From Minutocellus sp. GHC0000111 (lineage: Eukaryota), in NCBI GenBank assembly GCA_977018835.1, contig OZ361259.1:4464001-4528000 (forward strand): a DNA stretch of 64,000 bases, in the 5' to 3' direction. How positions within the stretch are numbered: position 1 is the first letter of the stretch; every line of letters begins with the position of its first letter. Both the position numbers and the translations under genes were made by a program. The notes beneath the pieces were generated by a model. That model had not been told where the DNA came from, ran no database searches, and saw nothing but the letters and a program-made list of their open reading frames with translations. This document shows, one piece after another, positions 33,278 to 45,013 of this stretch.

Positions 33278-33556
33278 TAGGGGTGGGCTAAAAAGTATCT
33301 CACTTTTTCCGGGATTTCGCCGGCACAAAAAGTGTGAAAAGTTAGCAGAAAGTTAGTGATGACCACTAATAATTACTAACATCTACTAGAAGTAATCATG
33401 AATAGCCACTAAAAAGTACACTAGTCGCTAGTTAGTACTAACTTTCAAGTATACGTACGCATGTCAGTAGGTAGTGCACGTAGAATTAGTACTAGTTCCT
33501 ACGTAGGGGGGCTACTAACTTTTTGCCTAACTTTTCGGCATTTTCGCCCACCCCTA
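33278..33556. mobile_element. hAT-type non-autonomous element (MITE), 279 bp
   Basis: Termini TAGGGGTGGGC / GCCCACCCCTA; 8-bp TSD caacagtg at 33270-33277 and 33557-33564; subterminal aaaagttag / ctaactttt motifs. Confidence 0.88.
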
Positions 33557-33654
33557 CAACAGTGATGTTGCTGCCGCATCAGCCAGAATCTAAGGTAGAA
33601 TCGATCGGCGCCGCATCGTCTCATTCGGCATTCGGCCCAGCCATACTCGTGGCA

Positions 33655-35105
33655 ATGGTGGCTTCTTCACAACCTCGCTCGTCGTCTTCGGCGTATCTCA
33701 CGTTGGGAAGCGCTCTTGTCTTCTCTGGGTTCGCCGCTTGGTATGCGAATCGCCTGCGCAGTGGAGAGACGAAGACGACCGTACGCATGATTATGACGAA
33801 ACGACGCACTCGGTGATTGATCATTTCAAGAGCCTTGTGATCGACCCAGAAACTTCCGTGGAAGAGGCGAACAAACGTAGAACGGCTTCTTACTATTTGA
33901 AGGCTCGAGAGGCCCACTCAAAATCACTGGTGTTGGGCATATCTGGGCATTCACGGCTGATCAAGTTGCGCCAAAAGGAGCTGGACCGCATCCTCTCCCA
34001 ATGGAACAAGAGAAATCAATCGCATCGGACCATTGTGGCAATGTGCGACGAAACCACGCAGGGCATACTCGACGAGGCTCGTAAGATGATACTGAAACCA
34101 CTGCAGCATTCCAATGATATTGATACCGATGGTGTTTGGATTCCCGATCTCAACATCATGGAAGACATGCATGTGACGGTGGCTTTGCCGTGGTGGTGGC
34201 ATACTATCCGGCCGGGGAACAATGAACTCACCAGGCAAATGGCGCAAAGATTTCGGCAGACGCTACTGCTGAAATTCCACTATCCCTTTCAGATTGAGCT
34301 CGAACGCATCGTCTTGCTTGGTGGCAAGGTATTGGTTGCCTTGTGGCGATGTGTGGGAGAACGGAAAACTGACGATGATCATATTATTCACGATCGGCAT
34401 GGGGAAAGTAATGACCCGATGGTCCGGCTTCGGGAAGAGATTATCCGATGCTTCACAACCGTCAGCCCAGATCAGAGAAGACAACCGCTTACGTATCAGC
34501 ATAGAATGAGCAACCAACAGATGAGTGATTTGGGCAACCAACCACCTCCAACTCCAGTCCGCGGAAAGAATGAGAATGGGACGACGGCCCTTCCAAAAAT
34601 GCCAGATGATGTTGGGTTGGAGAGGCAACATACCATCGAGCAAAGAACACCTGGCATGGGAGCCCCTGGTTCTGCAGATGGATTTATCCACACAACTTTG
34701 TGTCGTCTTCCATTGGAATGCCTCAGCTATTACGATGTGGAGCTTGACAAGATCCACCGCCTTTGTCGCGAGGCCAGTGCTACTTTGAGTGGTCATCGCA
34801 TGGTCATCAATCAGTATCGCTTCTTGGAAACCATGGGTGAAGGTGGAGAGTCCAATCCGTGCTACAAACCGTTATTCGAGGAAATCATCGATGCTCCACT
34901 GAGGCACAAGGTTGACATCGACGGTACAGTAACTGAAAGCAAAAAGTTGCACGTTCCCGGTGCGATTGAACATAAGGAGAGTCTGACCATTGGTCCTGGG
35001 CGCAATTTTTTGAGTGAGCAAATGCCAGGTGGTGATGGCGAAGACGAACAAGGAGGGGGTGAAATCAAGAACACGCTGTCTCAATTGTTTGAACCACCAG
35101 AATAG
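33655..35105 (+). CDS. Membrane-anchored 2H-phosphoesterase-like protein; frameshift near 33767
   Basis: N-terminal TM (frame of ORF 33523) joins the frame of ORF 33738; two HxT motifs (MHVTVA, FIHTTL). Confidence 0.55.
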
Positions 35106-35377
35106 ACAGCGATTGCTGCCCACTGTTACGTACGTACACGTACCTAAATATGTATGCACGCTCTGGTCTCTGCACTTTTTATTTGACTTTCCGCCAGCTG
35201 GCATCTGCGTCATCAGACATACCTCGTAGCAGGCTCTTTCCGAGCAGATGGGTTTGCCAAAAGTTCAAGCCCGCGTCGCCGGACAGCTGCCGATTTGATT
35301 CGATGCATCCAAATTTGAGAATTCGAGCTCAACTGCCCAACCCTACCTAATTCCTAAAACATATATAAATTCTCGCC

Positions 35378-36358
35378 ATGACTCCCCACCGTCCCTCTAT
35401 CGATGGTGCAATGGAAGTATCGACGGGATGCCGCCATACTTCCAATCATTCCGCTACTTTGGGTGCCACTTACGCTACTTCCATGACTGTGCAAGATGCA
35501 CAAAAATATCAATCCGAATCATCGCCTGCCCCCAATAAGAACCAGCAATATGAAGAAACTTCCCCTCAAGATTCTTCAAGTCTAACCACTCATCACTCGC
35601 ACAGGTCTGGCTCCCACAGAAGCAGGCCACGCAGAGGGCATGTCCCACATGGACAATTTGGTTTCGCTGTTAACGGCTTTCACCCCCAGTGGTCGACTAG
35701 TTCTAATCTCCTCCTTGCAAGCCAAGCCAGAGATATGACTGCCTTTCCAGTCAGCCTTCATAATGGCCGGCCAAGCCTCAACGAGCAGGTCGCCACGGCG
35801 ACCAATGATCTTATCACTCGACTTCGCAAAGACGAAGAGGAGAAGAAGAACATCCGTAAGCGACATCTCGCCGAGGTCGCCGTCGCAGCAGCCAAGGCCC
35901 AAAAAAGGCGCGAGCAGGAGAGTCCGACGGCAAAAGAATCTTCCGAAACTACCTCATCGTCAGGCGCCTCTACAGCATCGACTGGCAGTACGCAGAAACG
36001 CCAATCATTCTCATCTCTCTATGGAGACGTATTTATCAAATCTTGCACCGCGCAGATATTGGTTTCCCCTGGAGGACGAATCCTGGCTTGTGAGTAGCAT
36101 ATCTGCCCATTTTATTCTGAAAATATTGGCATGATACAACATTCTTTCGTCATTATTGATGCTTATTCTTGCCTATCCTCATGCCTACGAATTCAATTCC
36201 ATTCTCCAGGGAACGATCGCTTCATCGAAATTTCCGAGCTGAACGCAGATCAAATTGCCGACTCGCTCACGGATGAGAGGAACGAGAAGGCAACCATCTA
36301 TTGCCAGTCGATGGAAAGCAATCATCGAATCGATGCTCTAAACGGATCTAAAAAATAA
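35378..36358 (+). CDS. Low-complexity protein with a PAS-like C-terminal segment, one probable intron (~36092-36209)
   Basis: YGDVFIKSCTAQILVSPGGRILA|xNDRFIEISEL; GTGAG donor and CCAG acceptor. Confidence 0.4.
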
Positions 36359-36561
36359 TTTGAATTTCAACGATTGGTCTGTTCGTCATCCGAGGCGCCA
36401 AAATGCCAAAGAGGCTCAAAATATTATTGGCGGTAACGTCGCGTGGCGCCACATGAATCAGACGACTTGTAGCCTGTACCCTGTGCCCTCTTTGTGCGCC
36501 GCCAACATATTTTGAAGGCCCCGCCGCTTGCATACTCTGTATAATTTTGCCTTCGCCTAGC

Positions 36562-37295
36562 ATGAGTATAACGCAAATAGTTGCTCAACGGGCAGTTGGC
36601 GCCATGTTCCTCTTCGGCGGCGGGGCGAAAGTAGCGGACCCAACAGAGATGGTACGTCCTGCCCGTGTGAGATGTCTTTCACATCAATGACCCAAATAAA
36701 TTCTGGTTATTATTGCGCTCTGGCATACTGCCTTGATCGCTGCCCGTGTGAATGGTGTCTTTATTACCACTTGTGTCTCTCGATCATTCCGGTGATTATT
36801 GCCCTCTGGCATAATGCCTCGACCGCTGCTGTTACTTCTAACCGCTATCCTAACCACCACTTACTTGTGTGTCTTCTCAACAGCTGAAATCATTTCCTGC
36901 CCTGCCGTCTTGGTTCTGGCTACCAGCGGGGCTATGGGAGGCAAGCTCAGGAGGTTTGCTTGTTCTCGGCACTGTTGCATCACAATGGAAAGACCGAAGC
37001 GAAAAGGCAGGGTTACTCCTCTCCCTAACTTATCTGGGCGGGACTCTCTTTGCCAGCACACTACTCCAAGGACTCTGAAGGTCATACCTTTTTGAGTGGC
37101 AAAACCAAAGCAATGGGCAAAGCTGGACGGCTACTGATATTACCTGGTCTCATTACGACGGGCGTTTTAGTCTGGCTTGCTTTCAACAAAGACAATGGCT
37201 CCCCGCCCAAAGAAACCATCGGTCTTTGCTACGCTGCTGGATTTGTATGGGGAATGGTTTGCGAAAAACTCGGAGACAAGTCAAAAGTTGCATAA
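36562..37295 (+). CDS. DoxX-like small membrane protein, intron ~36652-36883, frameshift near 37062
   Basis: MSITQIVAQRAVGAMFLFGGGAKV..EM|LKSFPALPSWFWLPAGLWE..; GTACGT donor and CAACAG acceptor; further TM helices downstream. Confidence 0.55.
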
Positions 37296-37404
37296 GTACG
37301 ACTCTAAATGAGGGAGACCTTGAACAAATGCTATTATACTGAACTCGTGCGATGGAATATATAAATTGTTCGGTTCATCTCTCTCTCTCTCTCTCTCTCG
37401 ATAG

Positions 37405-38127
37405 CTAGATAATCTCTAGGCCTTCCTCGTTTGCCATTCCATCGTCATCACCGGCACCATTTTCGGTCTTTGCATCCTTCACTGCCTCTTGCAACACTGC
37501 ACCGTCAGCCTCCAGGACGAGATCACTATCCGCCGCTGAAGCACTCGTTGGCGATTGTACAGCAGCATCCTCCCCAAGCTCTGCCGTGATTTCCATGGCC
37601 GTTTCGTGAGTCTTCTTCCTCACAAGGGCATATAGAGTGGCAACTGAAATTACAGCCAATATGCCAATAATGACACCAGCGATGGCTGCGTTTTCGTTCT
37701 TCTCTTGTGCTGTGTATGGATATGAGCTGCTGCCATCACTGTTGGTTGGCCAATTCTTTGGGACCGAACCTTCAATAAACTGGCAAAAGTCGCCTACATA
37801 ACCCGCCGGACATTCACATCCGTAGTGAGGATCGTCACCGTGGCTGACCAATTGAATGCACTTTCCATTATTTGTACAAAAGCTCTCGCTGATGCGGCCT
37901 TCCGGGGAGTGAAGGCAGTACGACGTCGCACGATGTTCACACCGAAGTCCAGCATACTTATCATTCCCTATCGAGTCGCAGTCACAACTGTATTGGCCTT
38001 CATCAAGAGCATTTTCCACACACACGCTCCCATTATCACACATATGCCCGTCTGGGCAACGCATATTTCCATGTTCAACTTGGCCATTGTCACGCTGGCG
38101 AAAACGGGATGAGTCATCGATGGCCAT
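37405..38127 (-). CDS. EGF-repeat single-pass membrane protein (5' end uncertain)
   Basis: CDNGSVC..CDC..YAGLRCE and CTNNGKC..CECPAGYVGDFC, followed by a TM helix. Confidence 0.8.
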   Translation of the reverse strand: MAIDDSSRFRQRDNGQVEHGNMRCPDGHMCDNGSVCVENALDEGQYSCDCDSIGNDKYAGLRCEHRATSYCLHSPEGRISESFCTNNGKCIQLVSHGDDPHYGCECPAGYVGDFCQFIEGSVPKNWPTNSDGSSSYPYTAQEKNENAAIAGVIIGILAVISVATLYALVRKKTHETAMEITAELGEDAAVQSPTSASAADSDLVLEADGAVLQEAVKDAKTENGAGDDDGMANEEGLEII

Positions 38128-38513
38128 CCTGCGCGGCCGCGTTCGTCAAATGCGTTCGATATTTTGGTTTGCTCGCTCCTGGCTCGCCGTTATTGGTTCG
38201 GTCAAGAGGTAGCCTTCTTCGAGGGATGTATTTGGGGTGGACGAATGTACTGATTACTGCTATAATAGCTTGGCCGCTGCAGCGCTAGGCCTCGTACGAA
38301 CTCTTACCTAGGTACCTAGGTACCGCGTGTTCGGGAAAAAAAATCATACCGTGGTCAGCGCGAGCATGTTTTGAGAAAATTACTCCTCTAAAATAAGAGT
38401 TGAGAAAAATCGATTGAGGAGTGTCATAAGGGCGTCGATCATCGAAAGCCACATGACATCATAAAGAATGAATTCCAGTTCATCTGTCTCAGCATGTACC
38501 ATTCAAACTAATT

Positions 38514-39665
38514 TTACTCCTTCTTTGCCGCCGCCTCGGCCTTCTTGAGTTGCATTTTCTGTTTATTCTCGGCTGTAATAACCTGCTTCAGCAGCCAAAC
38601 CATTTCGGCCTTGTTTTCGTTGAGATCATCAAGCTCCGACCGAGCCTTCTCGAGGTCTTCCGTCTTGATCTCGCTCATCAGACGACGTTTCTTCTTGGGG
38701 ACGGCAGACGCAGCATCTTCCGACTCTGCCTTGTCATCCTCTTTTGACTTCTCATCGCTCTTGTCGACATCCATGGCCTCACCACCTTCCATAACTTTGG
38801 CTTCGCCCTTTTCGTCGTCCTTTTTCGTGGTATCGGTGGCACCAACTCCATCGCCCTCGCCCCCCTCATTCTTCTCTTCCTTTTTTTCCTCAAACAAATC
38901 CCTGTACTCGTCCAAATCCTCCGGTCGGACCTCCTCCACCGCAATCTCCTCGGCCATGACGTCCTGGATCTTCTTCTCGTACTCCCGCTCCACCTTGCGG
39001 ATGCGATCGGCCAGCTGTCCGTCAAATTCGGCATCAATCTCCTTCATCTTAGCATCGCGGTGCGCTCGAACCTTGATCATGTTCTCCCGCGCCTCACGCA
39101 GAGCCTTCTCGGCGACCTCCCTTTCGGCCTTGGCCTTGGCGGCGGCCTCCTTGGCCTCGTCGACGGCCTTGTCGATGAGGTTGCCATCGACGAGCTCGGC
39201 GGCGCGCTTGGCGGCCCGGGCACGCTTTTTCCGGACGATGACTTCCTTGACGACTGAAAAGGTTTCAACATCCTGCTCCGGCAAGGGCAGCTTGATGTAG
39301 CGAGGGCAGCGCTGGCCGGTGTACGTGCCTGAATTGGACATTCCAATTCCCCAGCCTAGCCCGGCCGTTAGCGAGGGGGCGTCCTTGTTGCGATTGCGTG
39401 CCGAAGTGGACGCGGTGGATTCCACACCAAAGTCAACGACGCTCCCCGCGGCACTGCTGGCGCCTCCGTCGGTCCCACGGAGGGGGGTGAGGGTCCCGCC
39501 CGTGCTGCGGTCGAGGTTGCCGAAGGTGGTGGTCGGGAGGCCGAGGGCCGCCAGGGCGGACGAAGAGGAACGGGCGCTGGTGGACCGCATAGCGCCGCCG
39601 CCGCCGACGGAAGAATCGCCGAAAGAGGCCGTTGACGAAGTCCGAGATATGCCCGCGGTTGACAT
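38514..39665 (-). CDS. Hypothetical coiled-coil protein
   Basis: ATG at 39665 (MSTAGIS), Ser/Gly-rich N-terminus, long E/K/A coiled coil, basic NLS-like PKKKRR. Confidence 0.65.
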   Translation of the reverse strand: MSTAGISRTSSTASFGDSSVGGGGAMRSTSARSSSSALAALGLPTTTFGNLDRSTGGTLTPLRGTDGGASSAAGSVVDFGVESTASTSARNRNKDAPSLTAGLGWGIGMSNSGTYTGQRCPRYIKLPLPEQDVETFSVVKEVIVRKKRARAAKRAAELVDGNLIDKAVDEAKEAAAKAKAEREVAEKALREARENMIKVRAHRDAKMKEIDAEFDGQLADRIRKVEREYEKKIQDVMAEEIAVEEVRPEDLDEYRDLFEEKKEEKNEGGEGDGVGATDTTKKDDEKGEAKVMEGGEAMDVDKSDEKSKEDDKAESEDAASAVPKKKRRLMSEIKTEDLEKARSELDDLNENKAEMVWLLKQVITAENKQKMQLKKAEAAAKKE

Positions 39666-39925
39666 TATTGCTGCCAGATTGTTGTGGTGGGTGTGCGTAT
39701 CTGCAGGGCAGGGAACGGAACACAAGAGATGTGCCGTTTTTTCTTGTGGCTGGCCAGCACCCGCTTCTTTCCACGTCACAGGGTTCGCACTACGACGAAA
39801 AGAAAGTCGAAGGGTGGTTCGCACAGCGGCATCGCCGATGATATGATTCGATTCTTGATGTGATACGTCGAAGACAACCATCCGATCAATCATTCCATGC
39901 CATAACTCAACAGAAGAACACAAGA

Positions 39926-41692
39926 ATGAAACGTATACGATTGACTGAAAGAGCTTCGAATTGGATCGAAGGCCGACGGCAGAAACCCAATGTCGTGCCC
40001 GAGGAGCAAAGCGTTGGCAACCCTCGTGATTACAACAGAACGAAACGCCCATCGGCGGAAACAGAACTCCAGAACGAAGAGGCGGGCGGAGTGACGGTCG
40101 ACATCGACCTTTGCAGCAGCAACGAGGAACGGATCGCTTCGTCGCAAGACGAATCGATATCGCCAACATCATCAAGATGGGGTACAGATCGAGATCGATC
40201 CTCGTCACAAGACGATGTCACAGCCGAACAGTCCATACCGAGACCCGAACCCGAACCATCGTCAGAGAAATGGAGACGTCGCCGCATACTGTCCGTCTAT
40301 CTCCTCACATCGACTTTCCTATACGCCGACCTGGCATTGATGGCTCCGAATTTGTCAGCTATCGCGGAAGAGTTTGGGTTTGATGACGACGAACGAGACG
40401 TAAAACTTGGCGGTGTCATCGCCCTATGCTTCTTTTTGGTTGGTACGCCGGTGGCCCTGCTCATCGGGTGGCTCGCCGATTTTTGCAATCGCAGCCCTCT
40501 GTATGCCATCACCGTCTTCCTCGGCGAGGCAGCCTGCCTTGGTACCTACTTTGTCACCACATATCAGCAGCTCGTGGTAACGAGAACCCTGACAGGGATC
40601 AGCATCGGCGGAGCGCTACCGGTCATCTTCAGCGTCCTGGGAGATTTGTATCCCACAACTCAAAGAAATGCCGTCGCAGCCATTATTACGATTGGAACCG
40701 GGCTTGGTTCGGGAGTAGGACAGGCATTGGCTGGGTTTCTAGGACCAAAGTATGGATGGCGCTTCCCATTTCTTGTCGTGAGCGTACCAGGAATGGTTTG
40801 TTCCTTTCTACTTTTAATGATTCGAGATCCCAAGCGAGGGCAGAAGGAACAGGCACGAATTGAATTTGACGAAGAAAGACGAGCGCAAGCTGTTGATCAC
40901 AACGACGCTACCAATATTGATGGGTCTGCTAATGTGCCCTCCGTATCACAACGGCCTAACGACAAAGTTTCTTGGAAGACGACGTGGGAGATGATAAAGA
41001 CACCGTCTGTACTGCTTATATTTCTTCAGGCAGCACCGGCGTCATTGCCATTCGGATTTGGATCTGTCTTTTTGAATGATTACCTTGCTCAGGACAGAGG
41101 TATCGGGGTTGAGGAAGCAACCGGTGTCCTCATAACATTTGGCGCTGGAAACGCCATCGGTGTTTGTTTGGGAGGGGCACTCGGCCACGTGACCTACAAG
41201 ATCGACAAGCGAGCGCCCCCAATCCTCATGGGGAGTAGCCTTATGCTGAGCTGCATACCGATGTATTTCCTCATCGATTGGGTAGATGCCACGAAGAATT
41301 TGAGCATTGTTGCAGTGCTTGGACTGATAACTGGAGCCTTGGCAACAATGCCGGTTCCTCTCGAAAGAGCGATACTTACAAATGTTACTGTACCCGAATC
41401 TCGGGGCAGAGCCAACTCTTTTCTCTCCATCATTGACGATCTTGGTAAGGGTCTTGGGCCTGCACTTGTTTCTGTTCTCATACAGGCATTTGACCGTCCT
41501 ACAGCTTTCAACATATCCTTGCTTGGGTGGATTGTTGGCGGCTTGATCAGCTTCCTCATTTTCTTCTTTGTTAGACAAGATGAAGATCGGACACAGGAGA
41601 GAGTGAGAGAAGCACTCATTCGAGATGAGGGACTGTGTTTCGAACCTGGGGGTTGGAATTGTAGAGATGCACACTTAGATTTAGCTACGTAG
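39926..41692 (+). CDS. MFS transporter (spinster-like)
   Basis: LYADLALMAPNLSAIAEEFG, GWLADFCNR, RTLTGISIGG, GWRFPF; about 12 hydrophobic segments. Confidence 0.9.
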   Translation: MKRIRLTERASNWIEGRRQKPNVVPEEQSVGNPRDYNRTKRPSAETELQNEEAGGVTVDIDLCSSNEERIASSQDESISPTSSRWGTDRDRSSSQDDVTAEQSIPRPEPEPSSEKWRRRRILSVYLLTSTFLYADLALMAPNLSAIAEEFGFDDDERDVKLGGVIALCFFLVGTPVALLIGWLADFCNRSPLYAITVFLGEAACLGTYFVTTYQQLVVTRTLTGISIGGALPVIFSVLGDLYPTTQRNAVAAIITIGTGLGSGVGQALAGFLGPKYGWRFPFLVVSVPGMVCSFLLLMIRDPKRGQKEQARIEFDEERRAQAVDHNDATNIDGSANVPSVSQRPNDKVSWKTTWEMIKTPSVLLIFLQAAPASLPFGFGSVFLNDYLAQDRGIGVEEATGVLITFGAGNAIGVCLGGALGHVTYKIDKRAPPILMGSSLMLSCIPMYFLIDWVDATKNLSIVAVLGLITGALATMPVPLERAILTNVTVPESRGRANSFLSIIDDLGKGLGPALVSVLIQAFDRPTAFNISLLGWIVGGLISFLIFFFVRQDEDRTQERVREALIRDEGLCFEPGGWNCRDAHLDLAT

Positions 41693-41949
41693 ATCTTGAC
41701 TGTACTGATTGTTCCTTACCGGTGCCATGGGGCGGTTGTTTGTAGAGTCGGATGAGTCCACCCTACCAGAGTTCAGATGGCATGGATCGAAGAAAAGTGG
41801 CCGGCCCATGGCGCACCCGCCACAAGAGCCAGTAAAGAAGAACGCCGCGAGAGTGCATCGTACTCTGGCCAGCTAGCGACGCAGAAGCTGGCATCTACCA
41901 GCGTTAGAAGGCCGAGCAGAAGTTTTGTAATCCACCAGTTCGCCCCGTT

Positions 41950-43236
41950 ATGTCTGCTGCAAAAAAGAGTCCAAGGCGCGCAGCAAGAGCACTCCGAAAC
42001 CGTCCTCTCGTCGACGATAAGCATCTGCATGTCGCACCAACAAAGACAGTCGAACGGCCAAGAACGCAGCATTTGATATTCGTCGGCGCTGTTATTTTCC
42101 TTGCGGTCATATTAACAATATTTACCTACCACTCGAGCCATTACGAAGGCAGCGAGGGACATAGCATTGCCCTCGCTCACAGCAAAGTGGGCCTTTCCAA
42201 TGACAATGACGAGTCCGAGTCAACGCAAATAAAGGCATTAATGACGGTAAAAGAAACCTCTACTTCGTCTCTAATTCATTCCCAATGTGCACGAGGGACA
42301 TCTAATCTCAAAGATCGGCCAATGGTCATCTTCAAGTCCGCTCGAACTGGATCTACGTGGTTGGGATGGACATTCCAAGAGTTAAAATTGAAATCCGGGA
42401 AGCAAGTCCTTCTGACAACAGAAGTGGGAAGCTGTGGCAAAATTTTCAAGAACCAGTTGGCCAAGTGGTTCATTAAATACTTCAACCAGGGACAAAAGAG
42501 AGGCGAGGGAACCGATGGCAATATGTCAAGCACGGGCCGTCATGGTCGGCGGCTCAAGCTGAAGTGTCGAGTCGATGAGGACAGTGATACAAATTACGGG
42601 CCGATAGTAGCAACAATCGACGTGAAAGCTAACCCAGATGATATGCCAGAAGAGGAAATGGTGCCGGATCTAACGCTCGAGCAGTGGGGTGAAGTGTTCA
42701 AAGCGGTACCAAATCTTGCCATCGGGGTGCTGGTGAGAACAAATGCAGTGAAGCGAGCAATTTCCAGTATAGCTGTAGAGGAACAAGTTAAAGTGTGCGG
42801 TGATAAGGTTGGAAAGAAGCTGACAGGCAAGGAAAGATGCATAAAAAAATTATCTGACCAGATTCATTTGAATACCACCGAGCTTTGGAGCCACGTGGAG
42901 AAGTCAGATCGCAAGCGAACGAAACTGCCGGAGCTTGCGGCGAGATTATCAACTAGATACAGCGATGGGAACATTTTCTGTGTCTCATATGAAGAAATGG
43001 AGCTCGATATGCCCAAAGTTATGGAGGATATGGGGCACTTTGTCGGTGCCGATATTGAATCCAAGAGTATATCCGCATTGAGAGAGAAGCAAGTTTCCAA
43101 AAAACGTGGGTCCGACGACCTATCGGAATATATTATGAACTACGATGAGGTCCGACGAAGCCTCTCATCAAACAAATGCATTCTCGAACAGCTTGAGAGT
43201 AAGGCACCAAGGGTGTTTCCCGCGTGTTTAAAATGA
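41950..43236 (+). CDS. Type II membrane sulfotransferase-like protein
   Basis: PAPS-loop-like KSARTGSTWL, LVRTNAVKRAIS, VSYEEM, DDLSEYIMNYDEV. Confidence 0.7.
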   Translation: MSAAKKSPRRAARALRNRPLVDDKHLHVAPTKTVERPRTQHLIFVGAVIFLAVILTIFTYHSSHYEGSEGHSIALAHSKVGLSNDNDESESTQIKALMTVKETSTSSLIHSQCARGTSNLKDRPMVIFKSARTGSTWLGWTFQELKLKSGKQVLLTTEVGSCGKIFKNQLAKWFIKYFNQGQKRGEGTDGNMSSTGRHGRRLKLKCRVDEDSDTNYGPIVATIDVKANPDDMPEEEMVPDLTLEQWGEVFKAVPNLAIGVLVRTNAVKRAISSIAVEEQVKVCGDKVGKKLTGKERCIKKLSDQIHLNTTELWSHVEKSDRKRTKLPELAARLSTRYSDGNIFCVSYEEMELDMPKVMEDMGHFVGADIESKSISALREKQVSKKRGSDDLSEYIMNYDEVRRSLSSNKCILEQLESKAPRVFPACLK

Positions 43237-43492
43237 GTTAAGTTAAGCCACGTAAGCAAAATCTATTGGGCATAATTCTTATTCCAGCACCGCTGGCATA
43301 ACATTGTGCCCTCTAACAGTTTCTCGTTAGACGCGAAACGATACATCCTTGATACACAGCGTCATTCATACGTCGCCTCTTCTTAATACCACACTGTCAT
43401 CCAGAAAATCTTCATCGATACCGCTCGAGAAACAAAGTCAATACACCTTCTACCGTCGTTTATGTGCCTATCGGCGCCGGTTCTGGGCCTCT

Positions 43493-43702
43493 CTATGCAA
43501 AAATGTTGATGAGCTCAAACCACGATGCCGGGCGGGGTTCCGTCATCATTCCGATGGTGACCACCATAGGCGCAAATCCCCAAAGCAGAGCAGTGCGAGT
43601 CTTTTGGAAGATGAAGTCGATGTCCAACAGGCGCAGTCCCATGGCCGGCAGTGATGCGAGGCTGCGCACGCCGGAGGTATTCCTTCTTCTGGGGACGGGC
43701 AT
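43493..43702 (-). CDS. TOM7: Mitochondrial import receptor subunit TOM7
   Basis: 69 aa; WGFAPMVVTIGMMTEPRPASWFELINIF matches the Tom7 GFxPxxxxxG..EPRP pattern. Confidence 0.75.
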   Translation of the reverse strand: MPVPRRRNTSGVRSLASLPAMGLRLLDIDFIFQKTRTALLWGFAPMVVTIGMMTEPRPASWFELINIFA

Positions 43703-43838
43703 TATTTTTGTTTATTATTTCGGGGTTGGGTTAGAAAATGGCAGCCTGACTTTGGGGCTCAAAATCACAAATCACGCAGCAATAAATAAGATGCAGCGAA
43801 TGTTTAGAATGGCAGCAGAGGTCACGTTAGCTCTCTGA

Positions 43839-43842
<4 letters not shown>

Positions 43843-43871
<29 letters not shown>
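43843..43871. repeat. (CT)n microsatellite
   Basis: Pure tc/ct run; a shorter run also lies near 37379-37399. Confidence 0.9.
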
Positions 43872-43875
<4 letters not shown>

Positions 43876-44048
43876 TGTGTGGGTTGTCGAAGTCGAAGGA
43901 ACCGGACAGACGAAATTGGAAGAGGCGGCGGAAAGACGCATTTCTCGCACAGCACACGTACACGCACAGCATGCACATGCACGCAAAACGCCGAAGCGGA
44001 AGGAGAAAGGATGGCGGTAGTACCGGTCTTCCAGCTCCCATTACTACC

Positions 44049-44952
44049 ATGGGTCTCATCAGCTTATATCTCAGTGCGCTCAAGTCGCATCCAATACGGA
44101 CCAATCTTTCGACCGCCGCCCTGCTCATGGTCGGAGGCGACGTGATTGCTCAGGAAATTGAACGACAAGCAAGAAGACACAGCAACAAGAGATACCTTCG
44201 TCGACGCATCGGTGCAAATGCACAACAGGATATCACAATCAATACGACGGAGCATTGATGAAAATGATTGGGTTCGGTCGGCAACCATGGGAATATGGGC
44301 AATATGCTTCTACACACCTGCGTACATGGGTCTCTATGCTGCTCTTGATCGTATACTTCAGAAACGAACGCCATTGGCAGTCAGCTCCAGAGTAGCCGGT
44401 GCAGTCGTTTATTCAATTCCAGTCAACGCCCTGTTCTTTTGTATGGAACGTCTGTTCATCATACCTTGGAATGGTATGGTTTGTGGAATTCACTTTTGTC
44501 TGATGCTGAGGACGAGGCGGAGTGGACGGAACCATCGGATAAGAAGGAGAATTTATTCACGAGGATAAAGACGAGGATAGCCACAAAGCTTCGATTGAAG
44601 AGACAGGAGACTGAAAAACAAATGATTCAAGAGACACATATTGAAGAAATCGAAGAGGAGGAGGCGACCAACGCTGCAATGGAAGAGATCCGACGACGAT
44701 TCTTCCTGCCCTTGCCAGACCGACCGCCACCGTATGATTTGGATATGTTGCTATCAAAGGCGCGCTTAAAAAATTGAGACGGAGCTGATTTCTACTGTCA
44801 AGACGTCGGCTCAAATATGGGTTCCAATCAATTTTGTCAATTTTGCGTTCGTACCAAACCACTTGAGACCATTTGGTCTCTTGTTCTTCTCGGTCTTTTG
44901 GAACTGATATTTGAGTCTTGTTCAACACCGCGATGTTCCACTTCCAGACTAG
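44049..44952 (+). pseudogene. Mpv17/PMP22-family gene with about 3 frameshifts and one in-frame TGA (44905)
   Basis: YLSALKSHPIRTN..GDVIAQ / DWVRSATM / WVPINFVNFAFVP..FWN*YLS spread across three frames. Confidence 0.75.
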
Positions 44953-45013
44953 CTCCCGCCTCTGTCGGTGTTTTTTTTTTTTTTTGCGGCCAGATTTTAC
45001 CTCTTCATACATA

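Noticed and set aside
36655..36835. Cys/Tyr-rich ORF 36672-36887
   Set aside because: Lies within the predicted DoxX intron, which is built from a degenerate ~80-bp tandem repeat.
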